The position numbers were made by a program, and so were the translations under genes. Source: Hormiphora californensis (Eukaryota; Animalia; Ctenophora). Taken from it: 64,000 nt of DNA. Below, in pieces: positions 19,830 to 31,300 of the stretch. Where the stretch lies: the NCBI GenBank assembly GCA_020137815.1, contig CM035358.1:248001-312000 (forward strand). The letters are read 5' to 3'. Each line of letters opens with the position of its first letter. Position 1 is the stretch's first letter. Under the pieces are notes generated by a model. It had not been told where the DNA came from, ran no database searches, and saw nothing but the letters and a program-made list of their open reading frames with translations.

Positions 19830-20592
19830 CATGTTGTAAGATGACATTCCAGTCATTCCAGTTATTGTAAATATGTTGTAATTTGGCTGATCTAACATCT
19901 CTCTAGTGCTGCCGACCCCATCTGAGCGCAGACATGTAGTAAGGTGACATTCCAGTCATTCCAGTTATTGTAATTATGACGTAATTTGGATGATCTAACA
20001 TCTCTCTAGTGCTGCCGACCCCATCTGAGCGCAGACATGTAGTAAGGTGACATTCCAGTCATTCCAGTTATTGTAAATATGATGTAATTTGGATGATCTA
20101 ACATCTCTCTAGTGCTGCCGACCCCATCTGAGCGCAGACATGTAGTAAGGTGACATTCCAGTCATTCCAGTTATTGTAAATATGATGTAATTTGGATGAT
20201 CTAACATCTCTCTATTGCTGTCGACCCCATCTGAGCGCAGACATGTAGTAAGGTGACATTCCAGTCATTCCAGTTATTGTAATTATGATGTAATTTGGAT
20301 GATCTAACATCTCTCTAGTGCTGTCGACCCCATCTGAGCGCAGACATGTAGTAAGGTGACATTCCAGTCATTCCAGTTATTGTAATTATGATGTAATTTG
20401 GATGATCTAACATCTCTCTAGTGCTGCCGACCCCATCTGAGCGCAGACATGTAGTAAGGTGACATTCCAGTCATTCCAGTTATTGTAAATATGATGTAAT
20501 TTGGATGATCTAACATCTCTCTAGTGCTGCCGACCCCATCTGAGCGCAGACATGTAGTAAGGTGACATTCCAGTCATTCCAGTTATTGTAAA
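19830..20592 (+). repeat. ~103-bp tandem repeat (~7 copies)
   Basis: Unit CATGTAGTAAGGTGACATTCCAGTCATTCCAGTTATTGTAAATATGATGTAATTTGGATGATCTAACATCTCTCTAGTGCTGCCGACCCCATCTGAGCGCAGA. Confidence 0.93.
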
Positions 20593-20774
20593 GTAATCAT
20601 GATGACTAATCTAATCTATTGATGATTTAATATGTATCTGAACAAGATTCTTAATATCTTCTCTGGCTGCAGTACTCGCAATCTCTCTCACACATACACG
20701 CCCTACTGTTCTACAGTAAAGGGAAACATACAACGGGCTGATTACGGTTTTGGAATAACGGTTTGGTTACTTAA

Positions 20775-20918
20775 TCTAATATGTAGTAACGAGATATTCC
20801 AGTCATTCCAGACGATGATCTAATATGTAGTAACGAGATATTCCAGTCATTCCAGACGATGATCTAATATGTAGTAACGAGATATTCCAGTCATTCCAGA
20901 CGATGATCTAATATGTAT
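20775..20918 (+). repeat. Three copies of the 44-bp unit (GAGAT variant)
   Basis: GTAGTAACGAGATATTCCAGTCATTCCAGACGATGATCTAATAT x3. Confidence 0.9.
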
Positions 20919-21304
20919 TAGACAATTTTGACCAGTCATCTAAATTTTCACAGTGCACCGTGACCACCGGTTACAGTGCACTGTGAAATTTTAGACCACT
21001 GCAAAAACACTAGTAATTATAAAGTAAAATACCGCTGCAGTGGTATGTGAAAATTTAAACACTTTCTAGTCACACGCACACAGTGTGAACATTACGTCAC
21101 TATACAGTACACACGCCCTAACTAGTGCACACGCAACAGCACACGCTTATCTTTCCTTTCCCTCTGCGACATGTTGCAACTCTTCTAGGTCACGTGATCG
21201 TCACATGATGCAATGAAACCAATGAGCGCGCTGCATCTGATTTTGAATGAGCCAATGGGAAGCCTCGCATCCCGCATCTGACTCTCTCCCACTCTTTATC
21301 TGCG

Positions 21305-21363
<59 letters not shown>

Positions 21364-21460
21364 TTCTCACTCTCTCTCTCTCTCACATTCTCTTTCTCTC
21401 TCTCTCTCACTCAATCTTTATCTCTTTCACTCAGTTTGTTTCCAAAATCATCTAATAAAA

Positions 21461-21729
21461 TTAGATGACTGCTTTTACATGCTCTATTACACAACAATAA
21501 TGTTAAAGATTCTTTCACTTTTAGGCCTCGCAGGCTCGGCCCAAAAGTACAACTACAGAGCTCGCAGGCTCGCTCAGTAGTTACACTTAGCGTGCCTCGC
21601 AGGCTCGGCAGCTAAGTAAAAGGATCTACCTCGACCTGTCGGTCTCGGTTCATTATTGTTGTATTTAGAGCACTCGGCCTTCGGCCTCGTGCACTAAAAA
21701 GTAATAGACCATTTTAACCAGTCATCTAA
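21461..21729. other. Multi-branched hairpin structure with five CTCG/CTCG internal-loop hairpins
   Basis: Nested complementary segments read directly from the sequence (see findings). Confidence 0.7.
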
Positions 21730-21733
21730 TCAT

Positions 21734-24700
21734 ATAGTAACGTGATATTCCAGTCACTCCAGACGATGATCTAATATGTAGTAACGTGATATTCCAGTCA
21801 TTCCAGACGATGATCTAATATGTAGTAACGTGATATTCCAGTCATTCCAGACGATGATCTAATAAGTAGTAACGTGACATTCCAGTCATTCCAGACGATG
21901 ATCTAATATGTAGTAACGTGATATTCCAGTCACTCCAGACGATGATCTAATATGTAGTAACGTGATATTCCAGTCACTCCAGACGATGATCTAATAAGTA
22001 GTAACGTGATATTCCAGTCACTCCAGACGATGATCTAATATGTAGTAACGTGATATTCCAGTCATTCCAGACGATGATCTAATATGTAGTAACGTGATAT
22101 TCCAGTCATTCCAGACGATGATCTAATAAGTAGTAACGTGATATTCCAGTCATTCCAGACGATGATCTAATATGTAGTAACGTGATATTCCAGTCATTCC
22201 AGACGATGATCTAATATGTAGTAACGTGATATTCCAGTCATTCCAGACGATGATCTAATAAGTAGTAACGTGATATTCCAGTCACTCCAGACGATGATCT
22301 AATATGTAGTAACGTGATATTCCAGTCATTCCAGACGATGATCTAATATGTAGTAACGTGATATTCCAGTCACTCCAGACGATGATCTAATAAGTAGTAA
22401 CGTGATATTCCAGTCACTCCAGACGATGATCTAATATGTAGTAACGTGATATTCCAGTCATTCCAGACGATGATCTAATAAGTAGTAACGTGATATTCCA
22501 GTCACTCCAGACGATGATCTAATATGTAGTAACGTGATATTCCAGTCATTCCAGACGATGATCTAATATGTAGTAACGTGATATTCCAGTCACTCCAGAC
22601 GATGATCTAATAAGTAGTAACGTGATATTCCAGTCATTCCAGACGATGATCTAATAAGTAGTAACGTGATATTCCAGTCACTCCAGACGATGATCTAATA
22701 AGTAGTAACGTGATATTCCAGTCACTCCAGACGATGATCTAATATGTAGTAACGTGATATTCCAGTCATTCCAGACGATGATCTAATATGTAGTAACGTG
22801 ATATTCCAGTCATTCCAGACGATGATCTAATAAGTAGTAACGTGATATTCCAGTCATTCCAGACGATGATCTAATATGTAGTAACGTGATATTCCAGTCA
22901 TTCCAGACGATGATCTAATATGTAGTAAAGTGATATTCCAGTCATTCCAGACGATGATCTAATAAGTAGTAACGTGATATTCCAGTCATTCCAGACGATG
23001 ATCTAATATGTAGTAACGTGATATTCCAGTCATTCCAGACGATGATCTAATATGTAGTAACGTGATATTCCAGTCATTCCAGACGATGATCTAATATGTA
23101 GTAACGTGATATTCCAGTCACTCCAGACGATGATCTAATAAGTAGTAACGTGATATTCCAGTCATTCCAGACGATGATCTAATATGTAGTAACGTGATAT
23201 TCCAGTCATTCCAGACGATGATCTAATATGTAGTAACGTGATATTCCAGTCATTCCAGACGATGATCTAATAAGTAGTAACGTGATATTCCAGTCATTCC
23301 AGACGATGATCTAATAAGTAGTAACGTGATATTCCAGTCACTCCAGACGATGATCTAATATGTAGTAACGTGATATTCCAGTCATTCCAGACGATGATCT
23401 AATATGTAGTAACGTGATATTCCAGTCACTCCAGACGATGATCTAATATGTAGTAACGTGATATTCCAGTCATTCCAGACGATGATCTAATAAGTAGTCA
23501 CGTGATATTCCAGTCATTCCAGACGATGATCTAATATGTAGTAAAGTGATATTCCAGTCACTCCAGACGATGATCTAATAAGTAGTAACGTGATATTCCA
23601 GTCATTCCAGACGATGATCTAATATGTAGTAACGTGATATTCCAGTCACTCCAGACGATGATCTAATATGTAGTAACGTGATATTCCAGTCATTCCAGAC
23701 GATGATCTAATAAGTAGTAACGTGATATTCCAGTCATTCCAGACGATGATCTAATAAGTAGTAACGTGATATTCCAGTCACTCCAGACGATGATCTAATA
23801 AGTAGTAACGTGATATTCCAGTCACTCCAGACGATGATCTAATATGTAGTAACGTGATATTCCAGTCACTCCAGACGATGATCTAATATGTAGTAACGTG
23901 ATATTCCAGTCATTCCAGACGATGATCTAATATGTAGTAACGTGATATTCCAGTCACTCCAGACGATGATCTAATAAGTAGTAACGTGATATTCCAGTCA
24001 CTCCAGACGATGATCTAATATGTAGTAACGTGATATTCCAGTCACTCCAGACGATGATCTAATATGTAGTAACGTGATATTCCAGTCATTCCAGACGATG
24101 ATCTAATATGTAGTAACGTGATATTCCAGTCACTCCAGACGATGATCTAATAAGTAGTAACGTGATATTCCAGTCACTCCAGACGATGATCTAATATGTA
24201 GTAACGTGATATTCCAGTCATTCCAGACGATGATCTAATATGTAGTAACGTGATATTCCAGTCATTCCAGACGATGATCTAATAAGTAGTAACGTGATAT
24301 TCCAGTCATTCCAGACGATGATCTAATAAGTAGTAACGTGATATTCCAGTCACTCCAGACGATGATCTAATAAGTAGTAACGTGATATTCCAGTCACTCC
24401 AGACGATGATCTAATATGTAGTAACGTGATATTCCAGTCACTCCAGACGATGATCTAATATGTAGTAACGTGATATTCCAGTCATTCCAGACGATGATCT
24501 AATATGTAGTAACGTGATATTCCAGTCATTCCAGACGATGATCTAATATGTAGTAACGTGATATTCCAGTCACTCCAGACGATGATCTAATAAGTAGTAA
24601 CGTGATATTCCAGTCACTCCAGACGATGATCTAATATGTAGTAACGTGATATTCCAGTCACTCCAGACGATGATCTAATATGTAGTAACGTGATATTCCA

Positions 24701-25163
24701 GTCATTCCAGACGATGATCTAATATGTAGTAACGTGATATTCCAGTCATTCCAGACGATGATCTAATAAGTAGTAACGTGATATTCCAGTCACTCCAGAC
24801 GATGATCTAATATGTAGTAACGTGATATTCCAGTCACTCCAGACGATGATCTAATAAGTAGTAACGTGATATTCCAGTCATTCCAGACGATGATCTAATA
24901 TGTAGTAACGTGATATTCCAGTCATTCCAGACGATGATCTAATAAGTAGTAACGTGATATTCCAGTCACTCCAGACGATGATCTAATATGTAGTAACGTG
25001 ATATTCCAGTCACTCCAGACGATGATCTAATATGTAGTAACGTGATATTCCAGTCACTCCAGACGATGATCTAATATGTAGTAACGTGATATTCCAGTCA
25101 TTCCAGACGATGATCTAATATGTAGTAACGTGATATTCCAGTCACTCCAGACGATGATCTAAT
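21734..25163 (+). repeat. 44-bp tandem array (~78 copies) with two dimorphic positions
   Basis: Unit GTAGTAACGTGATATTCCAGTCA(T/C)TCCAGACGATGATCTAATA(T/A). Confidence 0.97.
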
Positions 25164-25429
25164 AATATCGATGATCTAACGCACCACGCAGCTCAGTATA
25201 AATAATCTCGATAATTCAGAATAAACACTTTGCTGTTTGCTCTCGTGAACAATACACTCTTTTGCAATTTGCTGCTTTCTATTATAAGAGGAACCTCTGC
25301 CCGAATTTTGTCTGATTTGACACTTGACTTCTGTGGATCTGAAGTTTGCACTTGAAGTTTACAGCTAAGGTAGGTTATTTTAGATAACTGCTGCCTATTT
25401 TGAGATGATTGCTACCTCAATTCCTCAAT

Positions 25430-27875
25430 TTCCAAGATAAAATAACTTAGAAACTTTCTGACTCAAAATAACTTAGAAATTTTCTGTACTGCCCCAATGA
25501 CTCTGAAAATTTCCAAGATAAAATAACTTAGAAATTTTCTACTTCATCAATAACTCTGATTCAAAATAACTTAGAATTTTTCTATACTGCCTCAATGACT
25601 CTAATAATTTCCAAGATAAAAAACTTAGAAATTTTCTACTACATCAATAACACTGATTCAAAATAACTTAGAATTTTTCTGTACTGCCTCAATGACTCTG
25701 AACTCAAAATAACTTAGAAATTTTCTGATTCGAAAAAACTTAGAATTTTTCTGTACTACCTCAATGACTCTGAACTCAAAATAACTTAGAAATTTTCTGC
25801 ACTACCTCAATAACTCTGAACTCAAAATAACTTAGAAATTTTCTGATTCGAAAAAACTTAGAATTTTTCTATACTACCTCAATGACTCTGAACTCAAAAT
25901 AACTTAGAAATTTTCTGTACTACCTCAATTACTCTGAACTCAAAATAACTTAGAAATTTTCTGATTCGAAAAAACTTAGAATTTTTCTGTACTACCTCAA
26001 TGACTCTGAACTCAAAATAACTTAGAAATTTTCTGTACTACCTCAATGACTCTAAACCCTAAATAACTTAGAATTTTTCTGTACTACCTCAATGACTCTG
26101 AACTCGAAATAACTTAGAATTTTTCTGTACTACCTCAATGACTCTGAACTCAAAATAACTTAGAAATTTTCTGTACTACCTCAATTACTCTGAATTCAAA
26201 TTAACTTAGAAATTTTCTATACTACCTCAATAACTCTGAACTCAAAATAACTTAGAAATTTTCTGTACTGCCTCAATAACTCTGAACTCAAAATAACTTA
26301 TAAATTTTCTGATTCAAAATAACTTAGAAATTTTCTGTACTACCTCAATTACTATGAATTCAAAATAACTTAGAAATTTTCTGTACTGCCTCAATGACTC
26401 TGAACTCAAAATAACTTAGAAATTTTCTGTACTACCTCAATGACTCTGAACCCAAAATAACTTAGAAATTTTCTGTACTACCTCAATTACTCTGAATTCA
26501 AAATAACTTAGAATTTTTCTGTACTACCTCAATTACTCTGAACTAAAAATAACTTAGAATTATTCTGTACTGCCTCAATGACTATGAATTCAAAATATCT
26601 TAGAAATTTTCTGTACTACCTCAATGACTCTAAACCCTAAATAACCCTAAATAACTTTTTCTGTACTACCTCAAAGACTCTGAATTCAAAATAACTTAGA
26701 AATTCTCTGTACTACCTCAATGACTCTAAACCCTAAATAACTTAGAATTTTTCTGTACTACCTCAATGACTCTGAATTCAAAATAACTTAGAAATTTTCT
26801 GATTCGAAAAAACTTAGAATTTTTCTGTACTACCTCAATGACTCTGAACTCAAAATAACTTAGAAATTTTCTGTACTACCTCAATGACTCTAAACCCTAA
26901 ATAACTTAGAATTTTTCTGTACTACCTCAATGACTCTGAATTCAAAATAACTTAGAAATTTTCTGATTCGAAAAAACTTAGAATTTTTCTGTACTACCTC
27001 AATGACTCTGAACTCAAAATAACTTAGAAATTTTCTGTACTGCCTCAATGACTCTGAACTCAAAATAACTTAGAAATTTTCTGATTCGAAATAACTTAGA
27101 ATTTTTCTGTACTGCCTCAATGACTCTGAATTCAAAATAAGTTAGAATTTTTCTGTACTGCCTCAATGACTCTGAACTCAAAATAACTTATAAATTTTCT
27201 GATTCAAAATAACTTAGAGATTTTCTGTACTACCTCAATTACTCTGAATTCAAAATAACTTAGAAATTTTCTGTACTATCTCAATGACTCTGAACTCAAA
27301 ATAACTTAGAAATTTTCTGTACTGCCTCAATAACTCTGAACTCAAAATAACTTAGAAATTTTCTGATTCGAAATAACTTAGAATTTTTCTGTACTGCCTA
27401 AATGACTCTGAACTCGAAATAACTTAGAATTTTTCTGTACTGCCTAAATGACTCTGAACTCAAAATAACTTAGAAATTTTTTGTACTACCTCAATGACTC
27501 TGAACCCAAAATAACTTAGAATTATTCTGTACTGCCTCAATGACTCTGAATTCAAAATATCTTAGAAATTTTCTGTACTACCTCAATGACTCTTAACTCA
27601 AAATAACTTAGAAATTTTCTGTACTACCTCAATGACTCTGAACCCAAAATAACTTAGAATTATTCTGTACTGCCTAAATGACTCTGAACTCAAAATAACT
27701 TAGAATTATTCTGTACTGCCTCAATGACTCTGAACTCAAAATAACTTAGAAATTTTTTGTACTACCTCAATGACTCTGAACCCAAAATAACTTAGAATTA
27801 TTCTGTACTGCCTCAATGACTCTGAACTAAAAAAAACTTAGAAATTTTCTGCACTGCCTCAATGACTCTGAAAAT
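25430..27875 (+). repeat. AT-rich 46-bp tandem array with interspersed 26-bp truncated units
   Basis: Units AAAATAACTTAGAAATTTTCTGTACTACCTCAATGACTCTGAACTC and AAAATAACTTAGAAATTTTCTGATTC. Confidence 0.93.
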
Positions 27876-27934
27876 TTATAAGTTTAAATAAATTTTTCAT
27901 TTGTAATGTAATTATGATGACTGATCTCATTTTT

Positions 27935-28098
27935 TGATGATCTAATATGTAGTAACGTCATATTCCAGTCATTCCAGTCGATGATCTAATATGAAGTAAC
28001 ATGATATTCCAGTCATCCCACACGGTGATCTAATATGTAGTAAAGTGATATTCCATGGTCATTCCAGACGATGATTTAATGCATCGATGATCTAATAA
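27935..28098 (+). repeat. Degenerate copies of the 44-bp unit
   Basis: GATGATCTAATATGTAGTAACGTCATATTCCAGTCATTCCAG-like, 3-4 copies. Confidence 0.85.
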
Positions 28099-28185
28099 TA
28101 TAATATGACATCATAGGTCAAGTGGTTTAACAAGTTTTACCTGTTTAACATGATTCTTCTTAGGGTGTCACGCGTTATTGTGAGG

Positions 28186-28193
28186 TATAAAAG
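28186..28193 (+). promoter_or_regulatory. Candidate TATA box of polB
   Basis: TATAAAAG followed by a leader with 12-bp AATCAAACAAAG repeats (28243-28365) before the ATG at 28367. Confidence 0.5.
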
Positions 28194-28366
28194 CTGGTGC
28201 CGGCACTGCTCATCGAGGAATTTTGCAAGGAATCAAGCAGCGAATCAAACAAAGAATAAATCAAGAAATCAAACAAAGAATCAAACAAAGAATCAAACAA
28301 AGAATAAATCAAGGAATCAAACAAAGAATCAAACAAGGAATCAAGAAAGGAACAAGGAATTAAACA

Positions 28367-31300
28367 ATGAATCGGTCCAAATCAAGACATCAGAAGAAGA
28401 AAGTTAAGTGCAGACGATGCGAAAAGTTTGTACTTGCAAGGAACCTTAACAGACATTTGCTTACTCATAACATGAAGATTGAGTGTCCTACATGCAAAAG
28501 GAACGTGAGAGAAGATAGATTTTTCAACCATCAAGTCCTATGTCACGACCACCTAGATGAGTCACTATGCAACAGAGTCACTGGTGTACATGAACACATG
28601 GATAAGTCACATTGCTCCTCGGTCAACGGATTCTTCAACTCATATGAACTCCGCTTTTCAAGCACAGAAGACTATAACTCAATATTCGAAAAAGCCTGTT
28701 CGACTGCTCGCCCAATTATCCAGGCTGCAGTACAGAGACACCCAGTAAAATGCCAACTGATAGTTTGCCTTTCCTTCTACAAAGAATCTGATGGACAAAG
28801 AAAAGAATCAGAAAAAGTCTTTCGATCCCACTGTGAGCCTCTTCTTGTAGGTGACAATGTGGAAGAATTTTTCCGGAGAGCTCAAATCATCCTGCGACAC
28901 AGTGTTGAAGTCTACGAGCGACATGGCAGTGGATGGAATTTTGATCAACATAAATGCTCCAAACTTGAGATTGCCAGATACTCCCCACTGGAAGGATCCG
29001 GATTTGTCGCCGTTACAAAGAAACTAAGCAACATGAGATCAACACTAAATATAACGTCCAACGATAACCGATGCTTCCTCTACTGCATACTGGCTCATCT
29101 GTTTCCAGTAAAAGATCATCCTAATAGACATACCTCCTACAAAAAATATGAGAATGGGAATCATGTGGACAAAAATGGAAACACCAGAAACTTTAACATG
29201 GGAGGAGTCAACTTTCCTGTGCAACTGAAAGATATTCCCAAAGTTGAGCGCTTAAATGAGCTCTCTATATCGGTCTTCCAGTGGTGTGAAGGCGAGTTTG
29301 GGCAAGAATATGTCATCCCCCTGAAACATGGAACTGGTGCTGGTGAACAAATCGATCTCCTTTACATCGAGGATGATGGCACCTCTCATTTTATGCTGAT
29401 AAAAGACTTCAACGCATTTATGCGTCATAGAACAAAGCACCACAATTCAATGTTCTACTGCAGGAAATGCCTACACGGTTTCGTGTCTCAAGACAAGCAG
29501 GAGCAGCACACCGACTTCTGTATGCAGGGGCTTAATCAGATCCCAGTTATGCCCAAGCCAGGCTTTATTGAGTTTGACGCAGAACACAAGCAAGACAAAA
29601 AGCTCTTTCGAATCTACTACGACTTTGAGTGTCTCACTGTACCCTATAGTACCTGCATGCCAGAGTCTTCATCAACGACACTCGTGCAAAAGCATATTCC
29701 CTGTGGCTTTGCCATTGTAGCAGTGTCGGAGTTTCAAGAGTTCAATGAGGAACCAGTTGTCTTCAGTCACCCAGACCCTTCCATAGTGTCTAAGACATTC
29801 TTAAAAGAGCTCTCAAGAATCCACGATAACATGATGGAATGCTACGAGAAGAACCAACATCCCATCGATATGACAGATGATGACGAGCTAGAGTTCCAGG
29901 CATCATCATTCTGTCACATCTGCCACAGAGGTCTTGATTGGGAGTCCAAAACCAACTACCCTGTAAGAGATCATGACCACACGAAAAAGACACACAATTT
30001 CCGAGGTGCTGCCTGCAACAAGTGCAATCTTAACTTCTTCAACCGGACAAAGAAAGTTCCTGCAATCGCCCACAATATGAAGGGATACGATCTGAACCTC
30101 TTCCTTCGAGATTTGGTCAGATTTTGCCAGGAAGATGATGAACGTGATGCTGATCTGGAGTCTCCAAACTCACCTCCTATCAGCTTAATTCCAGAGAACT
30201 TAGAAAAAATTAAAGCCGTGTTCACAGACAAGTTCACGTTTCTGGATAGCTTCGCTTTCTTGTCCACTTCTCTTGATCGCCTGGCAAGCAACTTGAAGAA
30301 GTCAGGAATTGATAAATTTTCTAGCCTAAAGAAACAATTCCCTGAAAAGTGTGAACTTTTAGCTGAAAAGGGTGTATTCTTCTACGATTACGCCACCTCA
30401 TTCAGTGTCTTTGAAGAAAAGGTCCTCCCACCCAAAGAAGCGTTTTACAGTCAATTGTCAGAGTCCCACATTTCCGAAAAGGACTATCAGCGAGCCCAAG
30501 ATGTCTACAAAGTCATGGGATGTAAAAATTTACTGGACTACATGCATCTGTACGTGCTGACTGACACCCTCCAGCTCTGTGATGTCTTCGAAAACTTCCG
30601 GTCTCTCTGTTTGGAGGCTCATGGTCTTGATCCCTGCCATTATGTCAGTCTCCCAGCCTTTGCTTGGGATGCCATGCTGAGAATGACAAAAGTAAAACTT
30701 GAGGTCCTGACAGACATTGATATGTACACCTTCCTCGAAAAAGCGCTGCGAGGAGGTGTCACCACGGTGAATCATCGCCATGCCAAGGCAAACAACAAAT
30801 ACTTGGATGATTTCAACCCTGAGGATCCCATCTCATTCATAAATTACATAGATGCCAACAATCTTTATGGGGCGAGCATGAAGAACAAGATGCCAACCAA
30901 GAACTTCAAATGGCTATCCCAGGAGGAAATCGACTCTATAGACATCCAAAAGCTAGATCCGGAAGGCGACAAGTGCTACATCTTTGAAGTCGACCTGGAT
31001 TATCCTGACCACCTTCACGACAGTCACACTGACTATCCTCTAGCTGTCGAAGGGAAACTAGTAGAAGAAGCACTACTCTCAGATTATAACAAACAGTTCT
31101 TGGAGCAGCACGGGGAGGTGTTTTCTTCCTCTCGAAAGCTTATTCCTGATCTATTCACCAAAGAAAGATACACGTGCTCGCTGAAAAATCTGCAGTTGTT
31201 CTTGAAACACGGGCTCGTGTTGACAAAGATCCACAGAATTCTTACTGCTGACCAGGAGGATTTCATGACTCCTTACATCAACTTCAACTCAGCCAAACGG

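Noticed and set aside
21734-25163. CRISPR-like array
   Set aside because: Units are contiguous with no unique spacers, there are no cas genes, and the context is eukaryotic.
28150-28407. 85-aa NQTK-repeat ORF upstream of polB
   Set aside because: Low complexity from 12-bp repeats and starts upstream of the TATA box, so probably 5' UTR.
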